The notes under the pieces: generated by a model
Databases searched by the model: none
What the model was told of the DNA's origin: nothing
Seen by the model: only the letters and a program-made list of their open reading frames with translations
Assembly: GCA_951406725.2 (NCBI GenBank)
Contig: OX597834.1
Coordinates: 39,866,001 to 39,930,000, forward strand
Length of the DNA stretch: 64,000 nucleotides
Source of the DNA: Octopus vulgaris
Taxonomy: Eukaryota
Direction of reading: 5' to 3'
Shown: positions 13,933-28,140 of the stretch, in pieces
Position numbering within the stretch: the stretch's first letter is position 1
Layout of the letters: every line of letters begins with the position of its first letter
Position numbers and translations under genes: made by a program

Positions 13933-14394
13933 CAAGATGCATTCCAGAAGTTTTGAGACTTCTTTTAAGAAGTAGTTATAACCGTCCTAGATAATTGCAA
14001 TTTTAGTATAAAATAACCACATATCCAATAAGCTGACCTGCCAACATTTGTTATTCCAGATTGATGGTCATGGCCGTAATAGCACTTTGAACACGCTTCA
14101 GTAAACACTACTTGTCATGCACTGCTATGAGGTGCATTCCAGAAGTTTGGAGACCTTTTTGGGGTTTTTTTTTTAGGAGAAGCAGTATTCTTTTATGTGT
14201 TTCAGTCATTTGACTGCGGCCATGCTGGAGCAAATCCTTTAGCCGAACAATTCGACCCCAGGATTTATTCTTTGTAAGCTTTGTACTTATTCTATCAGCC
14301 TCTTTTGCCAAACCACTAAGTTACGGAGACGTGAACAACACACCAACATCAGTTGTCAAGCAATGGAGGGAGCGGGGCAAACACAGACACACAA

Positions 14395-14426
<32 letters not shown>

Positions 14427-15060
14427 CTATATATATATATGATGGCCTCTTTCAGATTCTGTCTACCAAATCTACTCGCAAGACTTTGGTCAGCCCGAGG
14501 CTATAGTAGAAGACACTTTAGGCGGCGAGCTGGCAGAAACATTACCGCGCCGAGCGAGATGCATAGCAGTATTTCGTCTGTCATTACATTCTGAGTTCAA
14601 ATTCCACCGAGGTCGACTTTCCCTTTCATCCTTTTCGGGTCGATAAATTAAGTACCAGTTACGCACTGGGGTCGATGTAATTGACTTAATCCCTTTGTCT
14701 GTCCTTGTTTGTCCCCTCTATGTTTGGCCCCTTGTGGGTAGTAAAGAAATATATAGAAGACACTTGCCCAAGGTACCATGCAGCCTATTAAATTAATGCA
14801 ATTTTAGTATATCGTTATAATGCATCCAATAAGCCGACCTACCAACTTTTATCCTTCCAGATTGAAAGAGACGGCTGTTAATAGCACTTTGAACACATCC
14901 TACTGACAAGTTTGCAGAATCCAAGTGAGGACATGAAGAACATTTGGAAGCTCAAAATGCGATAAAAATTGGTGTCAGACTGAGCAAAACCCTCTGCAGA
15001 AATTTATGAGTTAACCTGTATGAGCTGGATATCTGTTTTTCAATGGCGCAAGCGGTTGAA
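13933..15060 (+). mobile_element. Two tandem mariner-like 5'-end remnants; the second is interrupted by nested SINEs
   Basis: GTGCATTCCAGAAGTTT..GAGAC at ~13935 and ~14130, with a shared downstream block aataagc.gacct.ccaac...aatagcactttgaacac. Decayed AIKIGVRLSKT...FQWRKR at ~14955-15055. Confidence 0.6.
14185..14785 (-). mobile_element. SINE A interrupted by a plus-strand SINE B (14520-14752)
   Basis: The A sequence resumes after the B insertion; TSD tagaagacactt on both sides. Confidence 0.88.
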
Positions 15061-15934
15061 TATCTGTACTTGTATATCACAATCATTGAAGTTTTACTTA
15101 TTCAAATCATGTCACTATAAATTGGTATTTCGGTAAAAGAGACTGATTGAGAACCAGACTTTTAAAAAAATAAGTCCTGGGGGTTGATTTGTTTGACTAA
15201 ATCCTTCAAGGTGGTGCCCCAGCAGGGCCACAGTCCAATGACTGAAACATGTTTATATGGTAGTGCAACTTTCTTTTGGTGTGATCAAAACAACCAACTG
15301 GTGTTGCTTATTATGAGATTAGTCAAAGTAAGTGTATGCACTCCACTTCTACAAAACATTTAACATTCTGCATTTCATACTTGAAACAACATTACCAGCT
15401 TTAGTGTACAGTTACACTCATCACAAACTATAATCCAGAAGAAAACAAGAAGGTGTGGTGTTCATTCATTTATCAGACATGATTTATAAACTTGCACTCA
15501 GGTAAGAAGTCAATAAAATAATACTTCCTGGGAAGAGAAATGTTTTTACAACCATCTTAACACCCAGCACCTCCTAACATTGCCAATAAGATAATTGTGG
15601 GGGAAGGAGGTACTGGTGTTTGTATAACACATCTACCGAATTTTAACATCGCTATTAAAACACTATCGCTAGGCTGTATTTTCATATCTACCTCCATCAA
15701 CACAAATTAGAGACACACTATGAGTCTCTTTGATAGTGGTGATGGTGCTGGGGGAATTCTTGTAACCACTCCTACCAAGCCAAATTAGGCAGGTCTTGTA
15801 CACTGACAAGTCTTGTACACTGATAAAATAGGTGATACTAAGTGATAACAATGACATTTTTATGTCAAGTTTGTTAGGCTGTTTTATATCTTCTGGAAGA
15901 GCATGTCTGCACGGGAGAGGGCAGGGTTGATGCC

Positions 15935-16420
15935 TGAAGTCTTAAGGCAGTTAATACTGACATGCCTTAAGACAATCAACTGTAAGATGTAAGACAGCCA
16001 AGTGTGACGAGTCTCAAAACAGTTAACAATGATGCCGTCTTAATATAGTCAACTGCAAGGTATCTTAAGATAGCTAAGTATGATGAGTTTTAAGATAGTC
16101 AATAGCAAGGTGTCATAGGACAGCCAACTGTGATGAATCTTAAGACAGTTGGGTAAAATGTCTTTAGAAATCAAATGTAATGAGTCTCAGAAAAGCCAAA
16201 TGTGATGAGACTTAAGACTGTCAACAGTAAGATGTCTAAGTACAGCTAAGCGTAATGAATCTTAAGACAGTCATAGTGAGATGTCTTAAAACAGTCAACA
16301 GTAAGATGTCTAAATACAGCTGAGTATGATGAATCTTAAGAGAGTCATAGTGAGGTGTTTTAAAACAATCAAATGTGATGAGTCTCAGAACAACCAAATC
16401 TGATGAATCTTACAACAGCA
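15935..16420. repeat. Degenerate ~22-25-bp minisatellite (gtcttaagacagtcaactgt.a.ga)
   Basis: About 20 recurring cttaagacag-like cores. Confidence 0.85.
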
Positions 16421-16670
16421 TATCGTTAGAAATTTAAAACAACTAAATAAAAAGTTTATACAACAGCAAATATTATATATAAACATCATTTCCAGTTATT
16501 TATAGCCTGAGTTTGAATACTGCTGTGATCGACTTAGCCATTCATCTTTTTAGGATTGATAAAATAAAGTACCAGTCAAAAACTTAGGTTGGTACAATCT
16601 ACTTTTGACCCTTCCCCTTAAAATTTCTGGCTTTATGCAAAAATTTGAAACTATGATTTCTTCTTCTTCT

Positions 16671-16710
<40 letters not shown>

Positions 16711-17204
16711 GTTATTATTATCCTCATTATTTCATATAAACATATTGATGATTAAAAGCAGCAGATCAATTAGATCTTTTGTAAATTAACAGTTAATTAT
16801 TCTTCCAAGAAATTTTGGAGATGTTCTTTAAAAATAAACAAAAATAAGATTATCAAAAAAAAAAAATTTGATATCTTTTGTTTTCTGAACAAAATGGAAA
16901 AATTACAAAATAAAGAAATTTCTCTGCAATTATTCCACAGATTACAGGATAATATTTCATATATTCTACTGACAACAGCCATGTTTGTGTGTGAGCATAT
17001 ACATGTGTACGTGTATGGCCGTTACGTGTGTGTGTGTGTGTATACATATATATATGTGTGTGTGTATATATGTGCATGAGTGCATATACACACAAACATA
17101 CACATATGTGTGTGTTTGTGTGTATAAGAATTGTAACAACGGTACAGCACAGAGTTAAGTGCAAACATACATAACACTGAAATAGATTTGTGTGTGTATA
17201 TGTA

Positions 17205-17235
<31 letters not shown>

Positions 17236-17280
17236 ATGTATGTATGTATGTATGTATGTATCTATCTATCTATCTATCTA

Positions 17281-17325
<45 letters not shown>

Positions 17326-19039
17326 ATCACGTGACCAACCAGACCATCAGATGTTGCTACACATCGCTGGTCACAATGCGCTTCGCATTGTTTTAGCCTT
17401 CGAATGACGCCACCTCACTGGCTAAGCGAGCAGGCCAACAGAAGAAAGAGTGAGAGAAAGTTGTGGTGAAAGAGTACAGCAGGGATCACCCCACCCTGCC
17501 GGAGCCTCGTGGAGCTTTTAGGTGTTTTCTCTCAATAAACACTCACAACGCCTGGTCTAGGAATCAAAACCGCGATCCACATATATATATATATATATAT
17601 ATAACAGGGAGAGGAGGCAGAGAGATCTATAAAATATACATGTATATAGGCGTTGGAGTGGCTGTGTGGTAAGTAGCTTGCTTACGAACCACATGGTTCC
17701 AGGTTCAGTCCCATTGCATGGCACCTTGGCCAAGAATCTTCCACTATAGCCTCGGGCCAACCAAAGCCTTGTGAGTGGATTTGGCAGATGGAAGCTGAAA
17801 AGAAGCCTGTCGTATATATGTACAAAGGGCTTCTTGCAGTTTCCATCAGCTAAATCCACTTACAAGGCTTTGGTCAGCCCAGTACTATAAGACATTTGCT
17901 AAAGGTACCAGTGCCATGCAGTAGGATTGAACCCTGAACCATGTGCTTGGGTGTCATGTCTGTATCTATAAATGATTAGTAACAGAAACAATAATTCAAA
18001 TTTTAGTACAAGGGCTGCAATTTTAAGGGTCAGTTACAACAACCCCAGTGTTCAACTGGTACTTATTTCATTGACCCCAAAAGCATAAAAGGGCAAAATC
18101 AGTTTCGGTTGAATTTGAAGTCAGAACACAAAATGCTACAAGGTATTTTCTCTGGCATACTAACGATTCTGCTAGCTTGCCACCTTTTCACCTGAAAATA
18201 CTGGTTTCAAATTTTGGCACAAGGCCAGCAATTTCAAGGGCAGATGGAGTAAGTAGATTATATCAACCTCAATGTTCAATTGATGCTTATTTTATCGACC
18301 CTAAAAGGATAAACGGCAAAGTCGGTCTTCATAGAATTTGAACTCAGAATAAAAAAAGGGATGAAATTTCACAAAGCATTTTTCCCAGCGTGCTAACGAT
18401 TCCGCCAACTCACTGCCTTAATTAGAAAAAAACTCTAAAGACAGTACAGTACAATGCTAAAATAAACACACACACATGCACACAGAAGCATGCATATGCA
18501 CTCACACAAACACACACACACATAGAGAGCTTGATGTAAAATGAAGCGGAGAGGAAGAGGCGGGCGTTGTAATTTGTAATAAGAACCTATTTAGAGCAGT
18601 GTGCCATGCTAGGAGACAATTAGTGTCAGTTAGCATGACGAATATATGACACTAACGAGAAGTAGTCAACCGTAGAAAATTCTTAAATCGATAGATCTTC
18701 ACCATTTAAATCAATTAAGCATGGAGAAATCGTCGACAAACACGAAAGATGGTGCCAGAACAAAAGATTAAATGTCAGGAAGGGAAATCCAAAACTATTG
18801 TCTGTACGGACCTTTTAAATCATCATATATTAATTAATAGTTCTTTGATTAATAAGGTGGAATTTAGGTCAGTGTTATTAATTTCAACCAGAAAATATAC
18901 GGTATTGTTATTGTTTTGCTTCAGTGCATCGTGAAGAACCACATTATCCAAGAAGGCAGAATTATATGGTTCCAGGTCCATTCCCACAGTATGGCACCAA
19001 GAGCAAAAGTCTTTTATTAAAGACATGGATCGATCAATA

Positions 19040-19370
19040 CTCCTTTATTCCTTTGTTTGTTTCAGTGATTTGACTGTGGCCATGCTGGAGCACTGCCTTT
19101 AGTCGAACAATTCGACCCCAAAACTTATTCTTTGCAAGCCTAGTACTTATTCTATTGGTCTCTTTTGTTGAACTGCCAAGTTACGGGGATCGTGGACACA
19201 CCAACATCAGTTGTCAAGCAATGGTGGTGGTGGTGGTGGGGGGGACAAGCACAGACACACACAAAAATTTATATTTATATATATATATATATATATGATA
19301 GGCTTCTTTCAGTTTCCATCTACCAAATCCACTGACAAGGATTTGGTCAGCCCGAGGCTATGGTAGAAGA
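19040..19370 (-). mobile_element. SINE A, 5'-truncated
   Basis: Collinear with 2200-2500. Confidence 0.85.
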
Positions 19371-19664
19371 ATGAACAGAACAAAAGAATGCAAAATTGTA
19401 ATTTAGTTCCAGTGCATCAGGGACAACATTTATCGAAGTAGGCAGAGTTATACAGTTCTAGGTTCAATCCCACTGCAAGGCACCTTGGCCAAAGGTCTTT
19501 TATTGAAGATCTGGACTGATCAATACTTAATGATTGGAATATACAAAATTGTTATTCAGCTCTGGTGTATCAGGGCCCATGTTATTAAAGTAGGTGGAAT
19601 TACATGATTCAAGGGTTCAGTTCCACTGCAGGGCACCTGGGGCAAACTGCTGATTGCTCAGAGT

Positions 19665-19830
19665 ATTGTGAGCAGGTCATGGTGGAGCAGCCATGATTTG
19701 TCCTTCCACAACTCTTGTCTCTTCTCACACACTGAGAACACACAGCAGGATCTCTTTGTAGACTTGCTGACTGATTGTCTGGCCCCTGTAGCAAGAACTC
19801 ACTGTGGACAATACCCATAACTCACACTGC
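19665..19830 (-). mobile_element. Mariner transposase internal fragment
   Basis: Minus strand gives GIVHSEFL..GQTISQQVYKEIL..VREKRQELWKDKSWLLHHD with frameshifts. Confidence 0.8.
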
Positions 19831-20690
19831 ACACCCAGTCCCCTTACTTTTCAGACAGACCTCGTATGTACCCCAAGTTTCTTTCAGTTTCCCTCAACCA
19901 AATCTGCTCACAAGGCTTTGGATGGCCCAAGGCTCTCATAGAAGGCACTCACCCAAGGTGCCTTGTAGTGGGACTGAACCTGGAACCATGGAGCTATAGC
20001 AGAAAACATTTACCCAACAACTGCCACCCTTTTTACTGCAGCCCCACTAAGGATCTTGTGAAGGTGCATGCTTCAGTGGTTAGAGAGTTTGGTCCACAAT
20101 CATGAGGTACTGAGTCTGAGAACTGGATTGGGTTGTGTGATGTGTTCTTGAGCAAGACACTTTATTTCACATTGCTCCTGTCCACTCAGCTGCAGAAATG
20201 AGTTGCAACATCACTGGTTCCTTGCTGTATCAGGCTTTGCCTTTCCCTTGGATAACATCAGTGGTATGGAGAGGGGATGATGTTGGTGGTGGTGGTAGTA
20301 GTGATGATAGTATGATGATGATGACAATGATGATGATGGTGGTGGTGGTTATAGTGGGGATGATGGTGGTGATGATGGTGATGATGATGACAGCAAAGAT
20401 GATGATAGAGATGGTGATGGTGGTGGTGGTAGTAGTAGTGATAGTATGATGATGATGATGGTGATGATGATGACATTGATGATGATGGTGGTGGTGGTGG
20501 TGGTGGTGGTGGTGGTTATAGTGAGGGTGATGATGGTGATGATGATGATTTGTGTCGGTCTACAGATTCTATAATTTCTGTGTAGGAGAAGGTATCAAAG
20601 TATTGATTATGACAAAACACTGGTTACGAGACATTGATACTTTTCTAATCTATCAATAAATGATCTTCAGTAATTCCTAGATTGGAACTT

Positions 20691-20733
<43 letters not shown>

Positions 20734-22030
20734 ACACACACATATAGATTTGTTTATACACATACATGTATGCATACACACACATATGTATACATATACA
20801 CACACACACACGTGTGTGTGTGTGTGTGTGTATACATATATATATACACACATGCATATACATAAACACATATACATTTACATCTATATACGCCAACACA
20901 CAGACACACACACACATACATATATATATATACACATACATATATACATATGCCAATACATAGGTCTATGTTGCATGCACACACACACATAAATATTAGT
21001 ACATACATAGACATATATATATACAGAGAGAGAGAGAAGGGAAAAAGAGAAAGAGAGAGAAAAGGAGAGATGTATATGTATACATGTATGCATATATATA
21101 TCTATATATATATATACACACACATATATTACAGACAAATACCTATATTTTCTTTCTGTGTGCACATACACACACATACGCAAAGACTAAATATTAAAAA
21201 AAAATATATACCAGAAAAAAAGATGGCGCTGGATCATTAAATTGGGTGTAATAAGAATCTAAATATGAAAGTGTCTACAAGACTGTGAAAGAGAGAGAGG
21301 GGGGGGGGAGAAAGAATGGAGGAGAGAGAGAGGGGGAGGAAGAGAGAAGGGGAGAGAGGGGGAGGAAGAGAGAAGGGGAGAGAGGGGGAGGAAGAGAGAA
21401 GGGGAGAGAGGGGGAGGAAGAGGGAATGAAACTTGTCGAAAGTAAGAATCGCATTAGTTGTTATTAGATTGTAGAGTTCTTGAGAATATTGCAGCTATAG
21501 ACTTAAAAACAGTAATAGAATTATAGATTAGTGGTGGTGGTGGTGGGGGGGTATGAGGTTCTTTGTACTAGCGGAATGGTAAAGGAAGAAAATAAAAAGA
21601 GATGCAAGAAAGAGAGAGAAAGAGAGAGAGACTATAATCAGATATGGGGTGGGGTGGAGTGGGAGGGAAATAAGTGGAATGAGAACCATTCAGACTTAAT
21701 AGGCAGTTTCTCTGTGTGTGTGTGTGTGTGTGTGTTTGTGTGTTTGTTTGTGTATATATACATAATGTGTATGTTTTATTTATATATATACATGACTTTG
21801 TATGTTTGCAATCACATTAATAAATGCACCTATACATAATGCATGTGTGTGTGTGCGTCATTGTGCACATGTATATATGCATGCATGTATGTGTGTGTAT
21901 GTATATATATATATGAATATATATATATGATCATATATACATAATGTGCATGTTATGTATGACTCTGAAAAGTCAAAATAACATAAACAAATTTACCAAT
22001 ACATAAAGCATACAAACACATAATTGATCT

Positions 22031-22062
<32 letters not shown>

Positions 22063-22608
22063 GTGTATGTATGTATGAATGTATATATGTTTATGTACTC
22101 ATGTATATGTGTGTGCTTGTGTGTGTTAGATTTGACATTGTATAGTCATAATCACATTAGACACAACTTTCTGTGTGTATAGAATCATTTGTCTGCATAT
22201 GCCATGCATATACACACATGCACACACACACGCACACACACACACATGCACACACACATACATCTATCTATATATATGTATAAGAATGCATTATGTCTAT
22301 AAGAGCAGTGGTGGGTGTGTGGTAAGAAGCTTGCTTTCCAACCACATGGTTCCAGGTTCAGTCCCAAATCCACTCACAAAGCTTTAGAAGACCAAGACTA
22401 TAGTAGAAAACACTTGCCCAAGGTGCCACGCAGTGGGACTGAACCCGGACCCAGGTGGTTGGGAAGCAAACTTCTTTACTGTCCAGCCAGGAATATACAT
22501 ATGTATGCATACAAATCTATATAATTACATGGGTACATGTGTGTGTGTATATGTTTACATGGATTATGTATGTTTGTGTGTTTGTGTGTGTATATATGTA
22601 TGAGTGTA

Positions 22609-22656
<48 letters not shown>

Positions 22657-22891
22657 CGCAGGCATGGCTGTGTGGTAAGAAGTTTGCTCACAACCACATG
22701 GTTCTGGGTTCAGTCCCACTGCATGGCAACTTGGGAGAGTGTCTTCTACTATATATATATATATATACACACATACACACACACCCACACACACATATAT
22801 ATACATACATACACACATATATGTAGAGAGACACATACATACAAACATACATACATACATATATATATATATATACACACACACATACACA

Positions 22892-23786
22892 TGTGGTCTG
22901 ACCAATAAGTATTCGCACTGTTGCCATAGTAATGAAACTAAAGCACACAGAGTGAAGCTGCTTGGCATAGATTGACCTTGAACTCTGCTGTGTATGTACA
23001 CCAAGTGTTTACGTTCTAGCACACTTCACCTGTTTACAGCGGTGGTTGGAAGGAAGGTATGTAGCATGTGATCGTTGCATTAACCATAACAGAGAAAGTT
23101 GAGCAGAGAATCTGCATCAAATTTTGCCAAAAGCTTGGTGATACCTGCTCAGAGGCCTACACAAAACTTTCAAAAAGTTTTCATCATTCTTGACACAATC
23201 AAAGAGAGTTTGTGCAACTGGAAACCAACTATCTTTTTGGTCGGCTGAAAGCAGTTTTGGCACAAACTTGGCAGACACGTGTCTCATGCCTAAATCTTCA
23301 GTGATAATGGACTGAGCTGAACCGTAACTAATCTGCACATCCTCTGATAACTCACGGATGGTGATTCGACGAATTTCCCTCACAGCTACACGCACATCTG
23401 CGATGTTTTTCTCATTTCTGCTGGTTGCAGGTCTCCCAAAACTATTCATCAATATCGACAGATTTTTGGCCATTTTTGAAACATCTGAACTACTCATACA
23501 TTTGTGTGCGACTCATACACTCCTCTCCATAAACTTTCTGCAACTTTGCATAGGCCTCTGAGCAGGTATCTCCATGACAACTTTCTCTGTTAAGGTCAAT
23601 GTGACGATCACACACTACACATCTTCCTTCCAAGCACTGCTGCAAACAGCAGAAAAGAGCTAGAATGTTAAACTTAGAGCTTACACACAACAGAATTCAA
23701 GGTAAATTTTTGCCAAGTGGCTTTATACTGTGTGCTTTAGCATCGTTACTATGGCAACAGTCCGGATACTTATTGATCAGACCTCG
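22892..23786. mobile_element. Non-autonomous mariner derivative made of two inverted 5' ends
   Basis: TIR cgaggtctgatcaataagtatccggact at both ends. Both arms encode the transposase N-terminus (GDTCSEAY.KLQKV). The minus arm continues through RITIRELSEDV...VSAKFVPKLL. Confidence 0.9.
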
Positions 23787-23818
<32 letters not shown>

Positions 23819-24293
23819 GACACAACACACGTGTATATATATATATATATACATACATATATATATATACATACATCATCATCATCATCATCATCGTTAT
23901 ATATACATATATATATATATATATATACATATATACACACGTATATATACACGCACACACATACAAATATACATATACATTCCACAGCATACCTTTGTGT
24001 TTTTATTAATTTTCTCTTACACAAATATCTCATCCTACAGCTATTCTTTAATTGAAAATTTTGGAACTTCTATAAAACTGCCACTTTTAATCCTTAACTG
24101 TAAATTGGTTGGCGCTGGTCCAGGTTTGTTTGATGTCAATACATGATACTCTGCCATAGTTTTTAACACAGAGCGCTGGCTGAGACCTGTGAGACTTACA
24201 CAGAAAACTGTGTCAGAATTACAATGAACTTCAAACAGATAAACATAAGAAGACATTACAATATATACACACATATATATATATGTATATACC

Positions 24294-24376
<83 letters not shown>

Positions 24377-24479
24377 CTGCATATATATATACATACCTAA
24401 ATATATATAATATATATATACACACACACACGTATACTACATATATATATACACATACCTACATATATATATACATACC

Positions 24480-24521
<42 letters not shown>

Positions 24522-26018
24522 CCTACAAATATATATATACATACCTAAATATATATATACACATACCTACATATATATATATATATATATATATAGAAAC
24601 ACTGCCAGATCGACCGCAGAAACACTGCCAGATCAGACTGGGCCTGATGCAGCCTTCTGGCTTCACAGACCCCAGTTGAACTGTCCAACCCATGAACTGT
24701 CCAACCCATGGAAAGCGGACGCTAAATGATGGTGATGATGATGATGATATATATTAAGTTACAGGGACATAAATGAACCAACACCAGTTGTCAAGTGGAC
24801 AGATGCAGGACAGTTTCCACGAAGTTTCTATTTGGTGAACTCACCCCCAAGGCATCGGTTGGCCCTGGGGTTACAGAAGAAAGCATTTGCCCAATGTGCT
24901 GTGTGGTGGGACTGAACCCAGAACCAGGTGGTTGCAAACGGGAGTTCTTAACCACACAGTCATGCCTGCTCGGTGTATGTATGTGTGGCTGTGTCAGTAC
25001 ATACCACAAAACAATTTATTCATTTATTCAAAGCTAGATTCAAACACACACACATATGTATGTGTGTGTGTCTGTGTGTGTTCATATATACATACACACA
25101 CACCCACACATATACATACACATGTACATACATACACATGTACATACATACACATATACATACATACACACACACATGCACTTACACGCACAAACCTATA
25201 TTCCCTTTCACCCTGTATATAGCCACTCACACACATGTATATGTGTGTGCATGTTCATATATATATACACACACACATACACATGTACATACCTACACAT
25301 AAACATACACACATACATGCACATACACACACACCTATATTCCTTTCACTCTGTATAGCCACACACACACACACATGTATGTGTATGCACGTTCATATAT
25401 ACACACATACATACACATGTACATACCTACACATAAACATACACACATACACACATGCACATACGCACACACACACATATGTACTTACACACACACACCA
25501 ATATTCCCTTCCACTCTGTATATAGCCACACACACACACATGCACACACACATGCACACACACACGCACACACACACACACACACAGAACCTCCAAACAC
25601 TTCCCATGTTCCTGTTGATGTTTCCCAATATGTCACAGAATCTCGAATATTATTCTTCAACTATTCTCGGCATCTTTTATTTTGTCAGCAAATTTTCCAT
25701 CTGTTCATTTCAGTTTACACAAGCACACACACACACACACCAACTTACACACACACACACAGAATAATATATAGCAACTCACACGCAAACACAGATAATA
25801 CACAGCAAAAGACAGTGATACACACACATACACTCACTCAGTCGTATACACAATGGCACACACACCCATGTACACAGTGACATACATACACACAACCACA
25901 GAGAAATAGACAGATACATACATACATACAGAAATATACAGCAACATACACAAATACACAGCCAAACACACACATTAACATAATATATAAACACACCAAT
26001 GTACACAACACATACACA

Positions 26019-26055
<37 letters not shown>

Positions 26056-26057
<2 letters not shown>

Positions 26058-26276
26058 GTCTGGCACCTGTGTCGGTGGCACATAAAAAACACCATCCGAG
26101 CGTGGCCGTCTGCCAGCCTCGTCTGGCACCTGTGTCGGTGGCACATAAAAAACACCATCCGAGCGTGGCCGTCTGCCAGCCTCGTCTGGCACCTGTGTCG
26201 GTGGCACATAAAAAACACCATCCGAGCGTGGCCGTCTGCCAGCCTCGTCTGGCACCTGTGTCGGTGGCACATAAAA
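26056..26276. repeat. Perfect 63-bp tandem repeat, ~3.5 copies
   Basis: Units start at 26056, 26119, 26182 and 26245. Confidence 0.95.
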
Positions 26277-26447
26277 TCACCCACTACACTCTCGGAGTGG
26301 TTGGCGTTAGGAAGGGCATCCAGCTGTAGAAACACTGCCACATCTGACTGGCCTGGTGCAGCCTTCGGGCTTCCCAGACCCCAGTTGAACCGTCCAACCC
26401 ATGCTAGCATGGAAAGCGGACGTTAAACGATGATGATGATGATGATG
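26056..26447 (+). mobile_element. SINE family D 3' part with (GAT)n tail and internal 63-bp tandem repeats. Other copies at ~9088-9250, 24593-24748, 34360-34520, 38020-38260, 50545-51050.
   Basis: gagtggttggcgttaggaagggcatccagctgtagaaac ... gcatggaaagcggacgttaaacgatgatgat. Confidence 0.88.
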
Positions 26448-26467
26448 TATATATATATATATGTATA

Positions 26468-26859
26468 CTACTAGCTAACCCCAGTTTCACCCGGTCTGTT
26501 TGGATGATGTGGCTGTGATCATAGGCATAATCTATAACAGCGTTTGTCAACCTTATCATTTCGGGTCCCGTGTTTCGATTAGAGCCTCCAGATGTATGAA
26601 AATTCCCTGACCCCACCCCGTCAGAAAACAGCTTCTAAGCAACTGGTTGTTTTAATGGCAGAAGAAAGGGGTAAATTCCATTACAAAAAGGTTTTAATCG
26701 ATTTTCTCGCTAAGTATGGGGGTTGTGAAAAAAATAAAACCTACATTCCAATCTATGCACCCGTCTCCACATGTGTGCCATTTTTCATGCGAATCCACCC
26801 AGCCGTTTGGCTGTGAACCTCAAGACAAGCAAGAATACAACGATCGCCCATGTCCAATT

Positions 26860-26866
<7 letters not shown>
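26468..26866 (+). mobile_element. Helentron/HINE (DINE-1/Lep1-like) non-autonomous element
   Basis: 5' ACTAGCT..CCC..TTCACCCGG start; 3' tttcatgcgaatcc..agccgtttggc block ending in TTTATATTATA; architecture recognised by eye. Confidence 0.55.
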
Positions 26867-26905
<39 letters not shown>

Positions 26906-27764
26906 GATGGGGGACACCCTTCTGTCATGAATGACCATGGGATTGCACCTAAAAAGTTACCCTCCGAGGCACAAGTCTGGGCAAGGTTGTTTACCGAAGA
27001 CCAGCAATCACCCATGCATACCGGCCTCCCCTCTCCATGCCACCATAGTTATCCAAGGGAAAGGCAAAAGGGGCCAACACAGCTTGGCACCTGTGATGTT
27101 GCTACTCATTTCTAAAGCTGAATGAAATGGACCAACATGAAATAAAGAGTCTTGCTCAAGAACACACTACACAGCCTTGTCCAGGAATTGAACTCACAAC
27201 CTAACGATCATAAGCTCGATGCTCTAACCACTGAGCCACATGCCTTCACAGCCATATACACACACACACACACACACCAATTTACACATCAACGGGCATG
27301 CATCACATTAAATAAAGATTTCATTTTTTAAGGTTTTGTCTGTCCCCTACCCTTTGACCTGTCTAACAATATATTGAGGCGTCGGCAGCAGGGCGTGGAT
27401 TTAGTTATTGGGCAGGACCTAACAGATCGGATTCCATTCGTGGCTTTGAATTAACAGAATGTCATGGAGAGGACCTTAATACAAGACAATAGATGACACC
27501 CTAATATTTCTAGTTAGATGGTAACTGTAGGACCACAAGAAGCAGTGTCTTGTGACTCCTATAATATGCACAACCGAAACCCCTTCAGTCTTTAAAAAAT
27601 TTGAAGTAATTATTAGCAGCATTCATTAGCTATATATATGTTATATATAACTATTACTATGAACAGTTGTTATTAGTATTATTATTATTATTGATACTAT
27701 TAACAGTAGAAGATTCTGGCCTCATGGATACTTTAGAAATTATTAATAGCTGTGGTAGTACTAG

Positions 27765-27886
27765 TAGCAGCAGCAGCAGTAGTAGTAGCAGTAGTGGTGA
27801 TGGTGGTGGTGGTAGTAAAAGTAATGGTGATGGTGGTGGTATTAGTAGTATTAGTAGTGGTAGTGGTGGTAGTGGTGGTAGTAGTA

Positions 27887-27929
<43 letters not shown>

Positions 27930-28097
27930 TGGTATTAGTAGTGGTAGTAGTAGTGGTGGTATTAGTAGTGGTGGTGGTAGTAGTAGTAGTGGTGGTATTA
28001 GTAGTGGTAGTAGTAGTACTAGTAGTAGTGGTATTAGTAGTGGTGGTGATAGTAGTGGTATTAGTAGTGGTAGTAGTAGTACTAGTAGTAGTGGTAT

Positions 28098-28134
<37 letters not shown>

Positions 28135-28140
28135 GTTGGT
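27765..28140. repeat. (GTA)/(GGT) compound triplet repeat
   Basis: Direct reading. Confidence 0.95.

Noticed and set aside
26056-26276. CRISPR-like array
   Set aside because: Units are fully identical with no variable spacers, there are no cas genes, and the repeat is part of a eukaryotic SINE
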